Source: an uncultured delta proteobacterium
GTDB lineage: Bacteria; Myxococcota_A; Polyangia; Polyangiales; Polyangiaceae
Direction of reading: 5' to 3'
DNA length: 64,000 bases
Assembly: GCA_963696385.1 (NCBI GenBank)
Contig: CAVOKF010000003.1
Coordinates: 128,001 to 192,000, forward strand
A program made the position numbers and the translations under genes. Position 1 is the stretch's first letter. Every line of letters starts with the position of its first letter. The notes beneath the pieces were generated by a model, which saw only the letters and a program-made list of their open reading frames with translations, was not told where the DNA came from and made no database searches. This document shows positions 19,505 through 30,083 of this stretch, piece after piece.

Positions 19505-21264
19505 CGCCTGGGCGGTCGCTGTCCCAACACCTCGCGGCGAGCCTGATCGCGCTGTCCGTCCTCAGTGCCGCTTCGAGCGCGCGCGCTCAGTTGGGCGGAC
19601 GTGGTCCTCGCCGACCCGCCGAGCCGACTCAGCACAAGGACACGAAGCCGCCCTCGAGCGACGACGATGCCGAAGACCAAACGCCGCTGCTGCGCACCGA
19701 GCCGGAGATCCTGCCGCCGAGCGACCCGCTCGCCGTCTCACCCGATACGGCCGCGCGCATCGGCAGTGACTGGGACAGCGGGCCGCCCTCTCCCGCCGGG
19801 CCCATCGACCGTAAGCGATGGTTTCCTTATTACGAGTCGCGCGAAGGCGACTCGCGCGTAAGACTCTTGCCTCCGTTGTTCGTCGAACAGTCCCGCGGTT
19901 TGCACGATCCCACGCAAGCCCTTTATGGGGTGCCACAGAGCGAGGACACCCAAGGCCTTTATGGGCTCTTGTATTACAGGCGTCGATCGCTCAAACTCGA
20001 CATGGATGTGGTCTTTCCCGGCTTTTGGCGAGTTCGGGACGGTCACGACCACGTGGTCGTCGCAGGGCCCGTCGTTCATCGCGAGGCGCCTGGCGAAAAC
20101 GACAACTGGCTCGCGCCGCTCTATTTCCAGGGCTCGCGGCCGACAGGCGGCTATTTCCACTCACCCCCCCTGCTCACTACATCGCACTGGGGTCCGGACG
20201 GCGCGTTCACGCTAGTCGGTCCCTATTTTCGCGCACGCACCGGCAACAACGTCGACATGGGCGTCGCGCCGTTGTTTTTCCACGGCGACAACGGCAATCT
20301 GGAGGGGAATCGTCGTAGTTACACGCTGATTCCACTTCTTCTGACGTACCACTCGGATCACGAGCTGGACGACGCCTCGACCACCGTCGTAGGTCCTGTC
20401 ATTCGCCAATCCGATCCGAAGCGCGACGTCTTCGACGTCGCTCCCTTCTATTTTCATATTCACGGGAAACCAGACTCGGGTGGAGTCACCGAGGAACACA
20501 CGACGCTATTGCCGTTCTTTCACTACGGCCGCGACCCGGACCAATCCCTTTTCATCTTGCCAGGCTATTACCGAAGGGTGTCGCGGACGACGGACACGAT
20601 GCTTTCTCTTTTCTACTCCCGCGCCGAAACGCGCAGCGGTGCCACGTCGCTTACGGCGGCAGGCCCCATCGTTCCCTTTTGGTGGGACTACCGGGATCGG
20701 GACATTGGCCTCCACACGTCGGCGCTCGCTCCTTTCTATTACGCGTCCGATAGCCCATCGGAGCACGATTGGCTTACCCCGATAGCCGGGCGCTTCCAGA
20801 CGTACGGTCAGTCGAACACGTGGTGGTTCTTTCCCTCGTTTACATTTTCGTCGAATGCGCGCGGGTGGGAGGACGACTTTCACCCCATCGTTTACGTGGG
20901 CCGAAGCGACGATTCGAGTCACACCGTCGTAGCGCCCGTTTTTTGGGACTTTGCGAACGCCAAGGGCAGAACGACCGTCGGCTTTCCGCTCTACTGGCGC
21001 TTTGCCGACACTCAAGAGCAATCGGTCCTTCAGGTCGCAGCCAACACCGTTTACGTTCAGAAACACGTGGTCGGGGGACTCGATTGGCAATTTCATCTTC
21101 TTCCGTTTTTCTCGTATGGTGAAAATCCAACCGGATATTTTTGGAACGTCTTGTTCGGACTCGCTGGCTATACGCGCGCCGGAGCTTCCAGCCAAGTCCG
21201 CGCCCTGTGGATCCCCTTCGACTTGAGCGGCGCGCCGCCAGCGGGGCAAGCGGCCGTGCGCTAG
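19501..21264 (+). CDS. Secreted hypothetical protein with about 25 aromatic beta-type repeats
   Basis: Signal peptide ending ARA-Q; recurring hh-P-h-(F/Y/W) units. Confidence 0.75.
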   Translation: MTPGRSLSQHLAASLIALSVLSAASSARAQLGGRGPRRPAEPTQHKDTKPPSSDDDAEDQTPLLRTEPEILPPSDPLAVSPDTAARIGSDWDSGPPSPAGPIDRKRWFPYYESREGDSRVRLLPPLFVEQSRGLHDPTQALYGVPQSEDTQGLYGLLYYRRRSLKLDMDVVFPGFWRVRDGHDHVVVAGPVVHREAPGENDNWLAPLYFQGSRPTGGYFHSPPLLTTSHWGPDGAFTLVGPYFRARTGNNVDMGVAPLFFHGDNGNLEGNRRSYTLIPLLLTYHSDHELDDASTTVVGPVIRQSDPKRDVFDVAPFYFHIHGKPDSGGVTEEHTTLLPFFHYGRDPDQSLFILPGYYRRVSRTTDTMLSLFYSRAETRSGATSLTAAGPIVPFWWDYRDRDIGLHTSALAPFYYASDSPSEHDWLTPIAGRFQTYGQSNTWWFFPSFTFSSNARGWEDDFHPIVYVGRSDDSSHTVVAPVFWDFANAKGRTTVGFPLYWRFADTQEQSVLQVAANTVYVQKHVVGGLDWQFHLLPFFSYGENPTGYFWNVLFGLAGYTRAGASSQVRALWIPFDLSGAPPAGQAAVR

Positions 21265-21442
21265 CCAGGATCCCCGAGCCCTCGCGCGCCTCGCTGCACC
21301 GTTGACTCGCGCCTGGACTCGGTCCGCCTCCAATCGCCAAACGCTGTGCTCTAAAGCAGCGTCCCGAATCATGGAACGGCCCCGTTAAGATTGACACGTC
21401 TGCGTCCGGAAAAAAGCCCGTTCCACGCTATGGAACGGCGCT

Positions 21443-22582
21443 TTAGCTCTTGTCGGGCGCGATCCTCGCCCGCGCGAGAACACGAGCGGTGGCAGCAAGA
21501 GCTAGCTCGATGTCCTCGTAGGTCGTGTCTTCGCCCAGCGAGAAGCGCACGCTGGACACGGCGGCGGACGGATCGCCCATCGCCATGAGCGCCGACGAGG
21601 GCTCGTTCGTTCCAGCGCTGCACGCGCTGCCGCTCGAGACGGCAACGCCTTCGAGGTCGAGGGCAGCGACGAGCTCGGACCCCGCCCACCCCGGGAACAC
21701 GACGCTGGCCACATGCGGCGCGCGGGGCGCGCTCGACCCGTTCACTCGAGCGCCATGCGCGAGTCGGACGAGCCGAGCCTCCAGCTCGTCGCGCAACGGA
21801 GCGACGCACCTCCACCGCACAGGCGCATCTTCAGCACGGCGCGCGGCTTCCGCGAGTCCTGCGGCGGCGACAGGGTCGACTGTTCCGGGACGCAATCCAC
21901 GCTCTTGAGTGCCGCCGAACAGTACCGGCGCCAGCGTCAGGCCCGGACGTGTCACGAGGGCTCCGATCGACTTCGGGCCCCTCATCTTGTGACCGGCGAG
22001 GCTCCGGGTATCCGCGCCGGGGACGCAGTCGTCCACGCGACCGAACGCCTGCACGGCGTCGACGTGGACGCGCACGCCCGCTCGACGCGACCGAGCGATG
22101 ACGTCATGGACCGGCTGAACGACTCCGGTCTCCGAGTTGATCGCTTGCAGCGCAACGAGCCGAACGTCGGGGAGCGAAATCGCGCGATCGAAGTCGTCGA
22201 GGGCGAACGTCCCATCGGATCGGACGTTTACCCATCGAACCCGTGCCCGGCCTTCTCGTTCGAGAGCCTCGGCAACGCGCGTAACCGACGGGTGCTCGAG
22301 GCGGCTCGTCACGAGAACTCCGGGCGCATGAGCAAAGGCGCTGCGTATGGCCAGGTTGTTGGCCTCCGTACCGCCCGAAGTCAGGACGACGTCGCGCGGG
22401 TCACAAAGCGCGAGCCGGGCTACTGCCTCCCGCGCATCCTCGACGCATGCGCGCGCAGCACGGCCGAAATGGTGAACACTGGATGGGTTGCCCCACTTCT
22501 CGCGAGCCGCGACCCCCATGACGTCGATGACCGACGTCGCCGGCGGCGCGGTAGCGTTCCAGTCCAGATAGACGCGCTTCAC
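21443..22582 (-). CDS. Cysteine desulfurase (IscS/NifS family)
   Basis: YLDWNAT, GNPSS, SGGTEANN, HVDAVQ, GHKMRGPK, SSGSACS. Confidence 0.93.
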   Translation of the reverse strand: MKRVYLDWNATAPPATSVIDVMGVAAREKWGNPSSVHHFGRAARACVEDAREAVARLALCDPRDVVLTSGGTEANNLAIRSAFAHAPGVLVTSRLEHPSVTRVAEALEREGRARVRWVNVRSDGTFALDDFDRAISLPDVRLVALQAINSETGVVQPVHDVIARSRRAGVRVHVDAVQAFGRVDDCVPGADTRSLAGHKMRGPKSIGALVTRPGLTLAPVLFGGTQERGLRPGTVDPVAAAGLAEAARRAEDAPVRWRCVAPLRDELEARLVRLAHGARVNGSSAPRAPHVASVVFPGWAGSELVAALDLEGVAVSSGSACSAGTNEPSSALMAMGDPSAAVSSVRFSLGEDTTYEDIELALAATARVLARARIAPDKS

Positions 22583-23793
22583 GCGTTGACGACGACGGTG
22601 GGCGCTTGCTTCGCGACGGTCAGCAAGAACGCCGCGCCGGCAAGGTAGCGCCCTTCGACCGTGGCACCACCGGTCAACTTCACGTCCCCGCCAAGCCCGC
22701 GCGCGACGCGCCTGGCGATGGCCAGTCCAACGCCTACGCCTCCGTGTGCACGCGTCGGCAATCCATCGACTTGATAAAATGGTTCGAAGATTCGCTCCGC
22801 CCTCTCCGGCGGAATTCCGGGCCCGCTGTCTGCGACGAGCACTTCGTAGTGTGCGTCGAGGACGCGTACACGCAGGCCAACCGTGCCGCCCGGAGGCGCA
22901 AACTTGCTTGCATTATCGAGAATTTGGCTCGTCGCTCGGCCAAGTCGGTCGGGATCTCCGTACGCAGGCAGCGGTCCGAGCGGAGTCTCTTCGAGAAGAG
23001 AAATGTGCCGATCCGCGAACGTGTCCGCGTACGCTGCGACAGCGCGTCGGATCGTGTCGAGAAAATCGTAGTCGCGGTGAAAAAAACGCATTTTCCCGGT
23101 CTCGAGACCCGTGACATCGATCAAGTTGTCGAGTGTTGCCCGCAAGCGGCGCACGCAGTCATCCATCGCATGCATAGCCTTGGCCTGCGGCTTGTTGACG
23201 GGTCCGAGCTCGCCGTCGAGCATCATGCGCAGGTACCCGACGATAGGGGTCATCGGGGTTGCCAACTCATGGCTGATGTTGCGGTAGAACTCGGTGCGGA
23301 GCCGCTCGACCTCGCGCAAGCGGTCGTTTGCTTCGGAGAGCTCAGCCACCTTTTGCTCGAGGTGGCCGACGATGCGATGACTTTGAAGTCGCAGCCGCTC
23401 ACCCGTCGCGTCGGGACTCGACGTGTAGGGTTCGCGGTGTCCGGCGATGTACGATCGGACCAGAGACGCAAAGCTTCGCGCCTCGATGGGCTTCTGAATG
23501 AAGCCGTCGCACCCGACGGCAAAGCTCGTATCACGGTCGCCCTCTGCCGTGATGGCCACGATGCGCGTTCCGGCGAGCGACGGCTCGCTGCGCAACCGGA
23601 GCGTCACTTCGTAGCCGTCCAGCCCCGGAATGTTGAGATCCACGAGAACCAGATCCGGCCGGACCGCGAGAGCGCAGCGCACACCCTCGAGCCCGTCGGC
23701 GGCGTCGATTACCTCATGGCCCTCCGCCGCCAGCAGCTTGCGTACGAGCAGCCGATTGGCGGGGTCATCCTCGATGTGAAGAACGCGCGGCAT
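22579..23793 (-). CDS. Hybrid response regulator-histidine kinase (REC-HisKA-HATPase)
   Basis: IEDD..DLNIPGLDG..QKP; SHELATP; DNASKF, DSGPG, FYQ, GVGLA. Confidence 0.92.
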   Translation of the reverse strand: MPRVLHIEDDPANRLLVRKLLAAEGHEVIDAADGLEGVRCALAVRPDLVLVDLNIPGLDGYEVTLRLRSEPSLAGTRIVAITAEGDRDTSFAVGCDGFIQKPIEARSFASLVRSYIAGHREPYTSSPDATGERLRLQSHRIVGHLEQKVAELSEANDRLREVERLRTEFYRNISHELATPMTPIVGYLRMMLDGELGPVNKPQAKAMHAMDDCVRRLRATLDNLIDVTGLETGKMRFFHRDYDFLDTIRRAVAAYADTFADRHISLLEETPLGPLPAYGDPDRLGRATSQILDNASKFAPPGGTVGLRVRVLDAHYEVLVADSGPGIPPERAERIFEPFYQVDGLPTRAHGGVGVGLAIARRVARGLGGDVKLTGGATVEGRYLAGAAFLLTVAKQAPTVVVNA

Positions 23794-23841
23794 TCCAACC
23801 TTTGACTTCCACAGCGTCCCCGAAGTAACTCTGCGCGGGAC

Positions 23842-24390
23842 ATGTTCACGCGGTTCTATCACGCCCTCTGCGCCGTCGCTTCGATGGGTTCGGCCACCCT
23901 GTACGGCTGCACGTCGCTGACCGAACCGCCACCGCCCGAGCCCGTCGCGGCAGAGACGGTCACCCTGCCTGCCAGCGGCCCGTCGGCCAAGGCCGCAGCG
24001 CCGCCCGTCGTGTCGGCTTCTGCGATGGCTCAGCCGCAGCCTCCGGCGGGGTCGGGAGCTCTCGAGAAACTCACGACGGTGACCCTCGCCAAGGGCAAGG
24101 GACCCGAGGCGAAAACCGGCGATCGGGTCCGCGTGCACTACGTGGGCACGCTGCCGGACGGTACAAAATTCGATAGCTCACGGGATCGGAACAAGCCGTT
24201 TGACTTCGCCCTCGGTGCAGGACAAGTCATCAAGGGCTGGGACCAAGGAGTCTCCGGCATGCGGGTAGGTGAGAAGCGCAAGCTTCTCATACCCCCGTCG
24301 CTCGCCTATGGGGCACGCGGACGCCCAGGAATTCCGCCCAATTCTGCTTTGATTTTCGAAGTGGAGCTTCTCGCCATCAATCCGAAGTGA
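23842..24390 (+). CDS. FKBP-type peptidyl-prolyl isomerase (lipoprotein-like)
   Basis: [35 protein letters not shown]. Confidence 0.95.
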   Translation: MFTRFYHALCAVASMGSATLYGCTSLTEPPPPEPVAAETVTLPASGPSAKAAAPPVVSASAMAQPQPPAGSGALEKLTTVTLAKGKGPEAKTGDRVRVHYVGTLPDGTKFDSSRDRNKPFDFALGAGQVIKGWDQGVSGMRVGEKRKLLIPPSLAYGARGRPGIPPNSALIFEVELLAINPK

Positions 24391-24564
24391 CGAGCCCCTC
24401 CGATCGCCTCGAGCGCTCGCTTGGCTCCCGTGCTCGCCGAATCGGTGCCCACCCCATCCGGAGCCGAGATGCGGTAAACGTCGGTGTCCAAGTCGATTTC
24501 GAAGGATTCGCCTCTCCGCCCGAGCCGAGATGCCTCGGACGCCCGCGTGCTAGGAAGGGGTGCG

Positions 24565-26202
24565 ATGCCGACCAGCCCGGAAGCGACCGCGGTCGCCGGC
24601 ACTTCGCTGGAAGCCGACGAGCGGAAACCCGAGCCCCTGGCGCCGGCCACGGGGTTGGCTCCGCTTTCGGGGCCGGTGGCATACGCCGCTGCCGTCGTTT
24701 CCGGGGCTCTCTACTGGCTCGCCTTTCCCGGCGTCGACCTCTGGCCGTTGGCTTTGGTGTCCTGGGTTCCGCTGATCGTCGCGATGCGCCGGCAGTCGAC
24801 GCGCCGAACTACCCTGCTCGGCTGGACGACCGGCCTGACGATGAACGTGGCGGGGTTCTTTTGGCTGCAGAAAATGCTCGAGACGTTCAGCGGATTCCCG
24901 GCGCCCGTCTGCTTCGTCTTCGTGCTGGTCCTGTGCAGCTATCAGGCTGGACGCATCGGATTGCTCGGTTGGATCTACGGGCGAGCCACGTCGCGCGGCT
25001 GGCCGGCGGCGGGCGTTTTCGTCGCCGCGTTCGTGGCCAGTGAGCTTTTGTATCCGCTCCTGTTCCCTTGGTATTACGGCGCGACGGCCCATACGGTCCC
25101 GGTCCTCATGCAGACGGCGGAACTCGGCGGCCCTATCGCGGTCGGTCTGGTCCTGGTCGCCGCGAATCTTGCGGTTTCCGAGCCCGTTGTCGCCTGGGTC
25201 GAGCGGCGCAGGGTGCATTGGGCCACTACGCTGAGCGCGACGGCCCTCCTGACGTTGGCGCTCGGTTACGGTGCCTTTCGCATCCGCTCGGTGGACGCCG
25301 AGGCCCAGCGCGCGCCGGAAGCGAGCGTCGGCATCGTGCAGGCGAATATGGGCCTGATGGAGAAACGGAAAGATTTCGATGAGGGACTGCAGCGCCACCT
25401 GCGTCTGAGCCGCGATCTTCGTGCGCGCGGTGCGGACTTTCTGGTTTGGAGCGAGACGTCCGCCATGCGCGCCGTGCGCGATTCATCGTACCGAGCGGAG
25501 CTCCGCTCCGTGGCCCAGCAGGTTGGACTGCCTACGGTGTTCGGCGCCGTCATCGTCCGACCCGTCAGCGACGAGCGCGAGTACGTTCTCTACAATAGCG
25601 CTGTAGCCAGCGCGGCCGATGGGTCGATCGGGAGCCGATACGACAAGCAGTATCTTCTGACGTTCGGAGAGTACTTACCGTTCGGAGACACGTTTCCCGT
25701 CCTGCATCGATGGTCGCCCAACAGCGGGCACTTCACGCCGGGCACGTCGCTCGACCCGCTGCTCGTCGACATCCGGGGCGAGAAGCATCCCGTTACCGTC
25801 TTGATCTGTTACGAGGATGTCCTGCCCGGGTTCACGAATGACGCGGTGCGCCATGCCGATCCGGAGCTCCTGATCAACTTGACCAACGACGCGTGGTTTC
25901 TCGACACGGCGGAGCCCTGGGAGCATTTCGCCCTAACGCAGATGCGGTCCGTGGAACATCGGCGATATCTCGTCCGGGGAACGAACAGTGGGGTCAGCGG
26001 CGTCGTGGATGCGGTCGGTCGCGTCGTCGCACAATCCGGAACCTTCCGACAGGAAGCGCTGCTGGCCCCGATTCGCTGGATGCGCGCACACACACCGTAC
26101 GAAACCCTGGGTGACTGGCCATGGGCTATCGTGTCGGCCGTGGGCGTGTTCCTGGCGTTTCGTCGCCGTGGCCCGGACATCAGAGTTTCAGCGCCTTCTT
26201 GA
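24565..26202 (+). CDS. lnt: Apolipoprotein N-acyltransferase
   Basis: TM helices, QAN, WSET, YDKQYL..FGEY, ICYE, TNDAWF; RBS-like AGGAAGGGG before ATG 24565. Confidence 0.93.
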   Translation: MPTSPEATAVAGTSLEADERKPEPLAPATGLAPLSGPVAYAAAVVSGALYWLAFPGVDLWPLALVSWVPLIVAMRRQSTRRTTLLGWTTGLTMNVAGFFWLQKMLETFSGFPAPVCFVFVLVLCSYQAGRIGLLGWIYGRATSRGWPAAGVFVAAFVASELLYPLLFPWYYGATAHTVPVLMQTAELGGPIAVGLVLVAANLAVSEPVVAWVERRRVHWATTLSATALLTLALGYGAFRIRSVDAEAQRAPEASVGIVQANMGLMEKRKDFDEGLQRHLRLSRDLRARGADFLVWSETSAMRAVRDSSYRAELRSVAQQVGLPTVFGAVIVRPVSDEREYVLYNSAVASAADGSIGSRYDKQYLLTFGEYLPFGDTFPVLHRWSPNSGHFTPGTSLDPLLVDIRGEKHPVTVLICYEDVLPGFTNDAVRHADPELLINLTNDAWFLDTAEPWEHFALTQMRSVEHRRYLVRGTNSGVSGVVDAVGRVVAQSGTFRQEALLAPIRWMRAHTPYETLGDWPWAIVSAVGVFLAFRRRGPDIRVSAPS

Positions 26203-26829
26203 ACCGCTTGGCGTCGGCGAACATGTCGACATTGGTGAACACGTACGTCGCATGCTCGTTGTCGGCGACCCGGGCAATTTCCGCGAGCTTCTCGATGGCC
26301 GGGTCCTCGTAGCGGCTCTTGTGCCCCGCCGGACCCGGTAGGCGGTAGTAGGCAACGCTGCCACGGCTCGTGCCGCTCGCAAGCGGGTCACGCGCCGCAA
26401 TCGCCCCGCTGTCGGAAGCCAGCCCTTCCGCTTCGTCGGGGTCCCACGTGGACGGCGGCTCCCACACAATACGCTTGAACTTCCTCTTGACGCCGGACAG
26501 AAACTCTTTAACGCGCTTTTGTTCCCACGCGATGAGGCAAAATCGGCGGACGCGACGAAGATGGCGGTCTGTGCATCCAGCTCCTTCGCAACATCGGTTA
26601 GGCTGCGAATCGCAGTCTCGGTAACCTTGCCCGCGCGAAAGCCCTCCTGCCCAATCTCACGGGGAGCAAGCAACGCAAACCCGAACCCTTCAGGGGCTTC
26701 CCTGCGCCAACGTCGCATGGTCCCGGTTCCAGGTTGGGCGATGTGGGTCTCCTGCACCTCAACGAACAGGAACTCCTTGAAGTAACGCGTCGCGGGGACA
26801 GGAAAGCCAGCGCACCCAATCGTGACCAT
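26180..26829 (-). pseudogene. DUF72 family protein with a frameshift near 26512 (pseudogene or assembly indel)
   Basis: N-terminal half (VTIGCAGF..VEVQ..RWRREAP) and C-terminal half (VWEP..RDP..YYRL..YVFTN..DAKRF) lie in different frames. Confidence 0.8.
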
Positions 26830-26888
26830 TGCCCGCTGCGACTGTAGCACGACGGGCCCTCGAAGGGCGCCGCCCTTGGGACCGGAGT

Positions 26889-27494
26889 TCAAGGCATTCT
26901 CACCGGCTCTTCACTGGCCGCGGCATCGCCGAGCAACTTGGACGCCAGTTTGAGTCCGAGGCGACGGGCGGCGGCACGCAGGGCATCGGCCTCATGAAAG
27001 GCCGAACCCCGCGGATCCAGAACCCCTTGAATTCGGTCGACGGCAATCACCTCATCGGCGCGAATGTCGCCGGTGTCGCGCTCCCGCTGCCCTCCGGCGT
27101 TGCTGACGACCCAGGCCCTCGCGAGAATGCCTACATCGGTCGCGCGGGCCATCGGCCCCGTGGTCCCCACGGTCATGGCTTCGCTCGACTCGTCGGTTTT
27201 GAGCACTTCGATCTCGGCTCTCGGGAACCCGTCTCCCGGTGCAAGCGATCCGGCCTGTGCCAGTCCCTCTCTCATCCCGCTGGCGACTTCCTCGCTTGCG
27301 ACCGGATCCGGCACTCGCGCTCGAACGAGCATCACATGAAGACGTTCGGTCGGCCCTGCACCGTATACCGGATGATAGCCACACGCGCCGGCCGTCGAGG
27401 CCGCGACCAACAGGCCGAACTCGGCTGCCGATCCGCGTCTCGCCCATTTTGCCCCCAGCGTCGACAGGGCGACCGAGAGACGACGGAATCTCAA
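26889..27494 (-). CDS. LptE-like LPS assembly lipoprotein
   Basis: Lipobox-like GACGY; overlaps the leuS stop, the canonical leuS-lptE arrangement. Confidence 0.6.
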   Translation of the reverse strand: MRFRRLSVALSTLGAKWARRGSAAEFGLLVAASTAGACGYHPVYGAGPTERLHVMLVRARVPDPVASEEVASGMREGLAQAGSLAPGDGFPRAEIEVLKTDESSEAMTVGTTGPMARATDVGILARAWVVSNAGGQRERDTGDIRADEVIAVDRIQGVLDPRGSAFHEADALRAAARRLGLKLASKLLGDAAASEEPVRMP

Positions 27495-29983
27495 GCGACG
27501 ATGAAGTTCATGATTTTCCCTTTAACATAGATGATTTTCTTCACGACATTTCCGTGAACGTAAGCATGGACCCGCTCCTCGTGGAGCGCAGCTTCGCGCG
27601 CCGTCGCCTCGTCGGCGTCAACGGCAATCGTGATGGTACCTCGCAGCTTGCCATTGACCTGAACTCCGATCTCGACGACGTCGTCTCGTACCAGCGCCGG
27701 ATCGAACTCGGGCCATGGCGCATACGCGAGCGACCGTGCCTTGGCCTCGCCGACCCGCTCCCATAACTCCTCGCTCACGTGCGGCGCCATGGGCGAGAGC
27801 AACAACACGAGCGTCCTCACGGCATCGCGCGGCGGCCGATCGAGGGCGGTCAGATGCTTGACGAGGATCATCAGCGCGCTTATAGCCGTGTTGAAGTGGA
27901 GCGACTCGATGTCGCGAGTCACCTTCTCGATCGTCTTGTGCACGAGTCGACGCGTCGCATGATCGGTTGCGGCTGGATCGGTCGAAAGCGGTCGAGTCGC
28001 GACGTTCCACGCGCGATCGAGAAACCGACGTATGCCTTCGATCCCGCTGGTTTGCCAGGGCTTCACCTGCTCAAGAGGCCCCATGAACATTTCGTACAGC
28101 CGTAGTGCGTCGGCGCCATAGACACGTACGACGTCGTCCGGATTCACGACGTTGCCGCGGGCCTTGCTCATCTTCTCGTTGTTTTCGCCGAGGACCATCC
28201 CCTGATGCACTAGCTTGAGAAATGGCTCGGCGTCTTTCACCATGCCGATGTCGTAGAGCACTTTGTGCCAAAACCGCGCGTAGAGCAGGTGGAGAACCGC
28301 GTGCTCGCTACCGCCTACGTAAAGATCGACGGGCATCCAATCCGAATAGGTGCCCGGCGTCCAGGGTTGCCGATCATCGACAGGGTCGAGATAACGCAGG
28401 TAGTACCAACACGACCCGGCCCACTGCGGCATGGTGTTCGTTTCGCGAGCGTACCAGCGTCCGCCGTCCTCAAAAAAACGCCAGTCCACTGCCCGGGCGA
28501 GAGCGCCTGCGGGATCGTCGCCGGGGCGGAAGTCTTCGAGATCCGGAAGGCGCAGCGGCAGCTGGTCTTCGCGCACCGGCAACGGCTGTTCGTAATGAAT
28601 CGTGAACTTCGCGCCGGGCTTGCGTGGATCTCCGTCGCTGGTGACCGGGAAAAAAATGGGAATTGGTTCACCCCAGTAGCGCTGTCGCGAGAAAACCCAA
28701 TCGCGCATTCGATACGTAACCTTCGCGCCCCCCTTGCCTCTCGCCGCCAGCCAGGCCGTCATGAGCGTGCGGGCCTCGGCGCTCGTCGCTCCCACGGGCA
28801 CTTCGACCTTCACGTGTCGGTACCGAACGACGCCGTCGTCCGTAAACGCGCGCGTTTTGACATCGACCACGCCGTTGTCCATCGGGAAGACGACCTGAAT
28901 CACGGGAAGATCGTGAGCGATCGCGAAGGCGTGGTCTCGCTCGTCGTGGGCCGGCACCGCCATGACCGCACCGGTGCCGTAGGTGGCGACCACGTAGTCG
29001 GCGATCCATACCGGAACCTCCTGCCCCGTAATCGGGTTGCGCGCGCGAGCGCCGAGCGGCACTCCGGTCTTCGCCTTCGTCTCGGTCCGATCGAAATCGC
29101 TTTTTCGGCGCGCCGCGTCGACGTAAGCCGAGACGGCACTCTCGTACTTTGGAGTCACGAGCGCGCCCACGAGCGGGTGCTCGGGCGCGACGACGAGATA
29201 CGTGACCCCCGGAAGCGTATCGGCACGCGTCGTGAATACGCGAATGCTCGCCCCCGGGGAGTCCACGACCTCGAAGTCGATTTCGGTTCCCTCGCTCCGG
29301 CCAATCCAGTGACGCTGCTTGGCCTTCGTGTCCGGCCAATCGAGCGATTCCAAGTCGGCGTCGAGTCGGTCCGCATAGGCCGTGATCTTGAGCATCCATT
29401 GCCGGATGGGCATTCGCTCAACGGGGTATCCGCCACGCTCGCTCTTGCCGTCGACGACCTCTTCGTTCGCGAGCACCGTGCCGAGCGCCGGACACCAGTT
29501 GACGGGAATCTCCGCCTGATAGGCGAGACCGCGCTCGAACAACTTCAGGAAGATCCACTGCGTCCACTTGACGTAGTGCGGGTCCGTCGTGTCGATCTCG
29601 CGCGACCAATCGTAGCTGAAGCCCAGCATCTTCAGCTGTCGTCTGAATGTCGCGATATTCCTCCGCGTCGTGTCCCGCGGGTGGGTATGGGTCGCAATCG
29701 CATGCTGTTCGGCCGGCAATCCGAATGCGTCCCAGCCCATCGGATGAAGCACGTCGAAGCCGCGCATTCGCGCGTACCGCGCGACGATGTCGGTTGCGGT
29801 GTACCCCTCCGGGTGGCCGACGTGGAGGCCGGCGCCCGACGGATACGGAAACATGTCGAGGACGTAAAGCTTCTTTCGGCCCGGATGGCGCTCCGACCGA
29901 AACGTTGCATGCTCGTCCCAATATTTCTGCCACTTCGGCTCGATGACGGCCGGATCGTAACGGTCTAGCGAGGCTTCGATCAT
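27491..29983 (-). CDS. leuS: Leucyl-tRNA synthetase
   Basis: MFPYPSGAGLHVGH, GTGAVMAVPAHD, KMSKA, VQVNGKLR. Confidence 0.98.
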   Translation of the reverse strand: MIEASLDRYDPAVIEPKWQKYWDEHATFRSERHPGRKKLYVLDMFPYPSGAGLHVGHPEGYTATDIVARYARMRGFDVLHPMGWDAFGLPAEQHAIATHTHPRDTTRRNIATFRRQLKMLGFSYDWSREIDTTDPHYVKWTQWIFLKLFERGLAYQAEIPVNWCPALGTVLANEEVVDGKSERGGYPVERMPIRQWMLKITAYADRLDADLESLDWPDTKAKQRHWIGRSEGTEIDFEVVDSPGASIRVFTTRADTLPGVTYLVVAPEHPLVGALVTPKYESAVSAYVDAARRKSDFDRTETKAKTGVPLGARARNPITGQEVPVWIADYVVATYGTGAVMAVPAHDERDHAFAIAHDLPVIQVVFPMDNGVVDVKTRAFTDDGVVRYRHVKVEVPVGATSAEARTLMTAWLAARGKGGAKVTYRMRDWVFSRQRYWGEPIPIFFPVTSDGDPRKPGAKFTIHYEQPLPVREDQLPLRLPDLEDFRPGDDPAGALARAVDWRFFEDGGRWYARETNTMPQWAGSCWYYLRYLDPVDDRQPWTPGTYSDWMPVDLYVGGSEHAVLHLLYARFWHKVLYDIGMVKDAEPFLKLVHQGMVLGENNEKMSKARGNVVNPDDVVRVYGADALRLYEMFMGPLEQVKPWQTSGIEGIRRFLDRAWNVATRPLSTDPAATDHATRRLVHKTIEKVTRDIESLHFNTAISALMILVKHLTALDRPPRDAVRTLVLLLSPMAPHVSEELWERVGEAKARSLAYAPWPEFDPALVRDDVVEIGVQVNGKLRGTITIAVDADEATAREAALHEERVHAYVHGNVVKKIIYVKGKIMNFIVA

Positions 29984-30083
29984 CGGATCGTGGTCGATTT
30001 AGCACGATCGTGAGTGCATGGGCCGGGCCAGCAGGGCGACCCGCACCCCGCGGTCCGCGATCCGCCGAGCGGCCATCGCACGA

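Noticed and set aside
26180..26202. Convergent 23-bp overlap of lnt and DUF72
   Set aside because: Short 3' overlaps are common in GC-rich genomes
28265..29968. 567-aa + strand ORF and similar long antisense ORFs
   Set aside because: Shadow frames of leuS and other genes, expected at high GC
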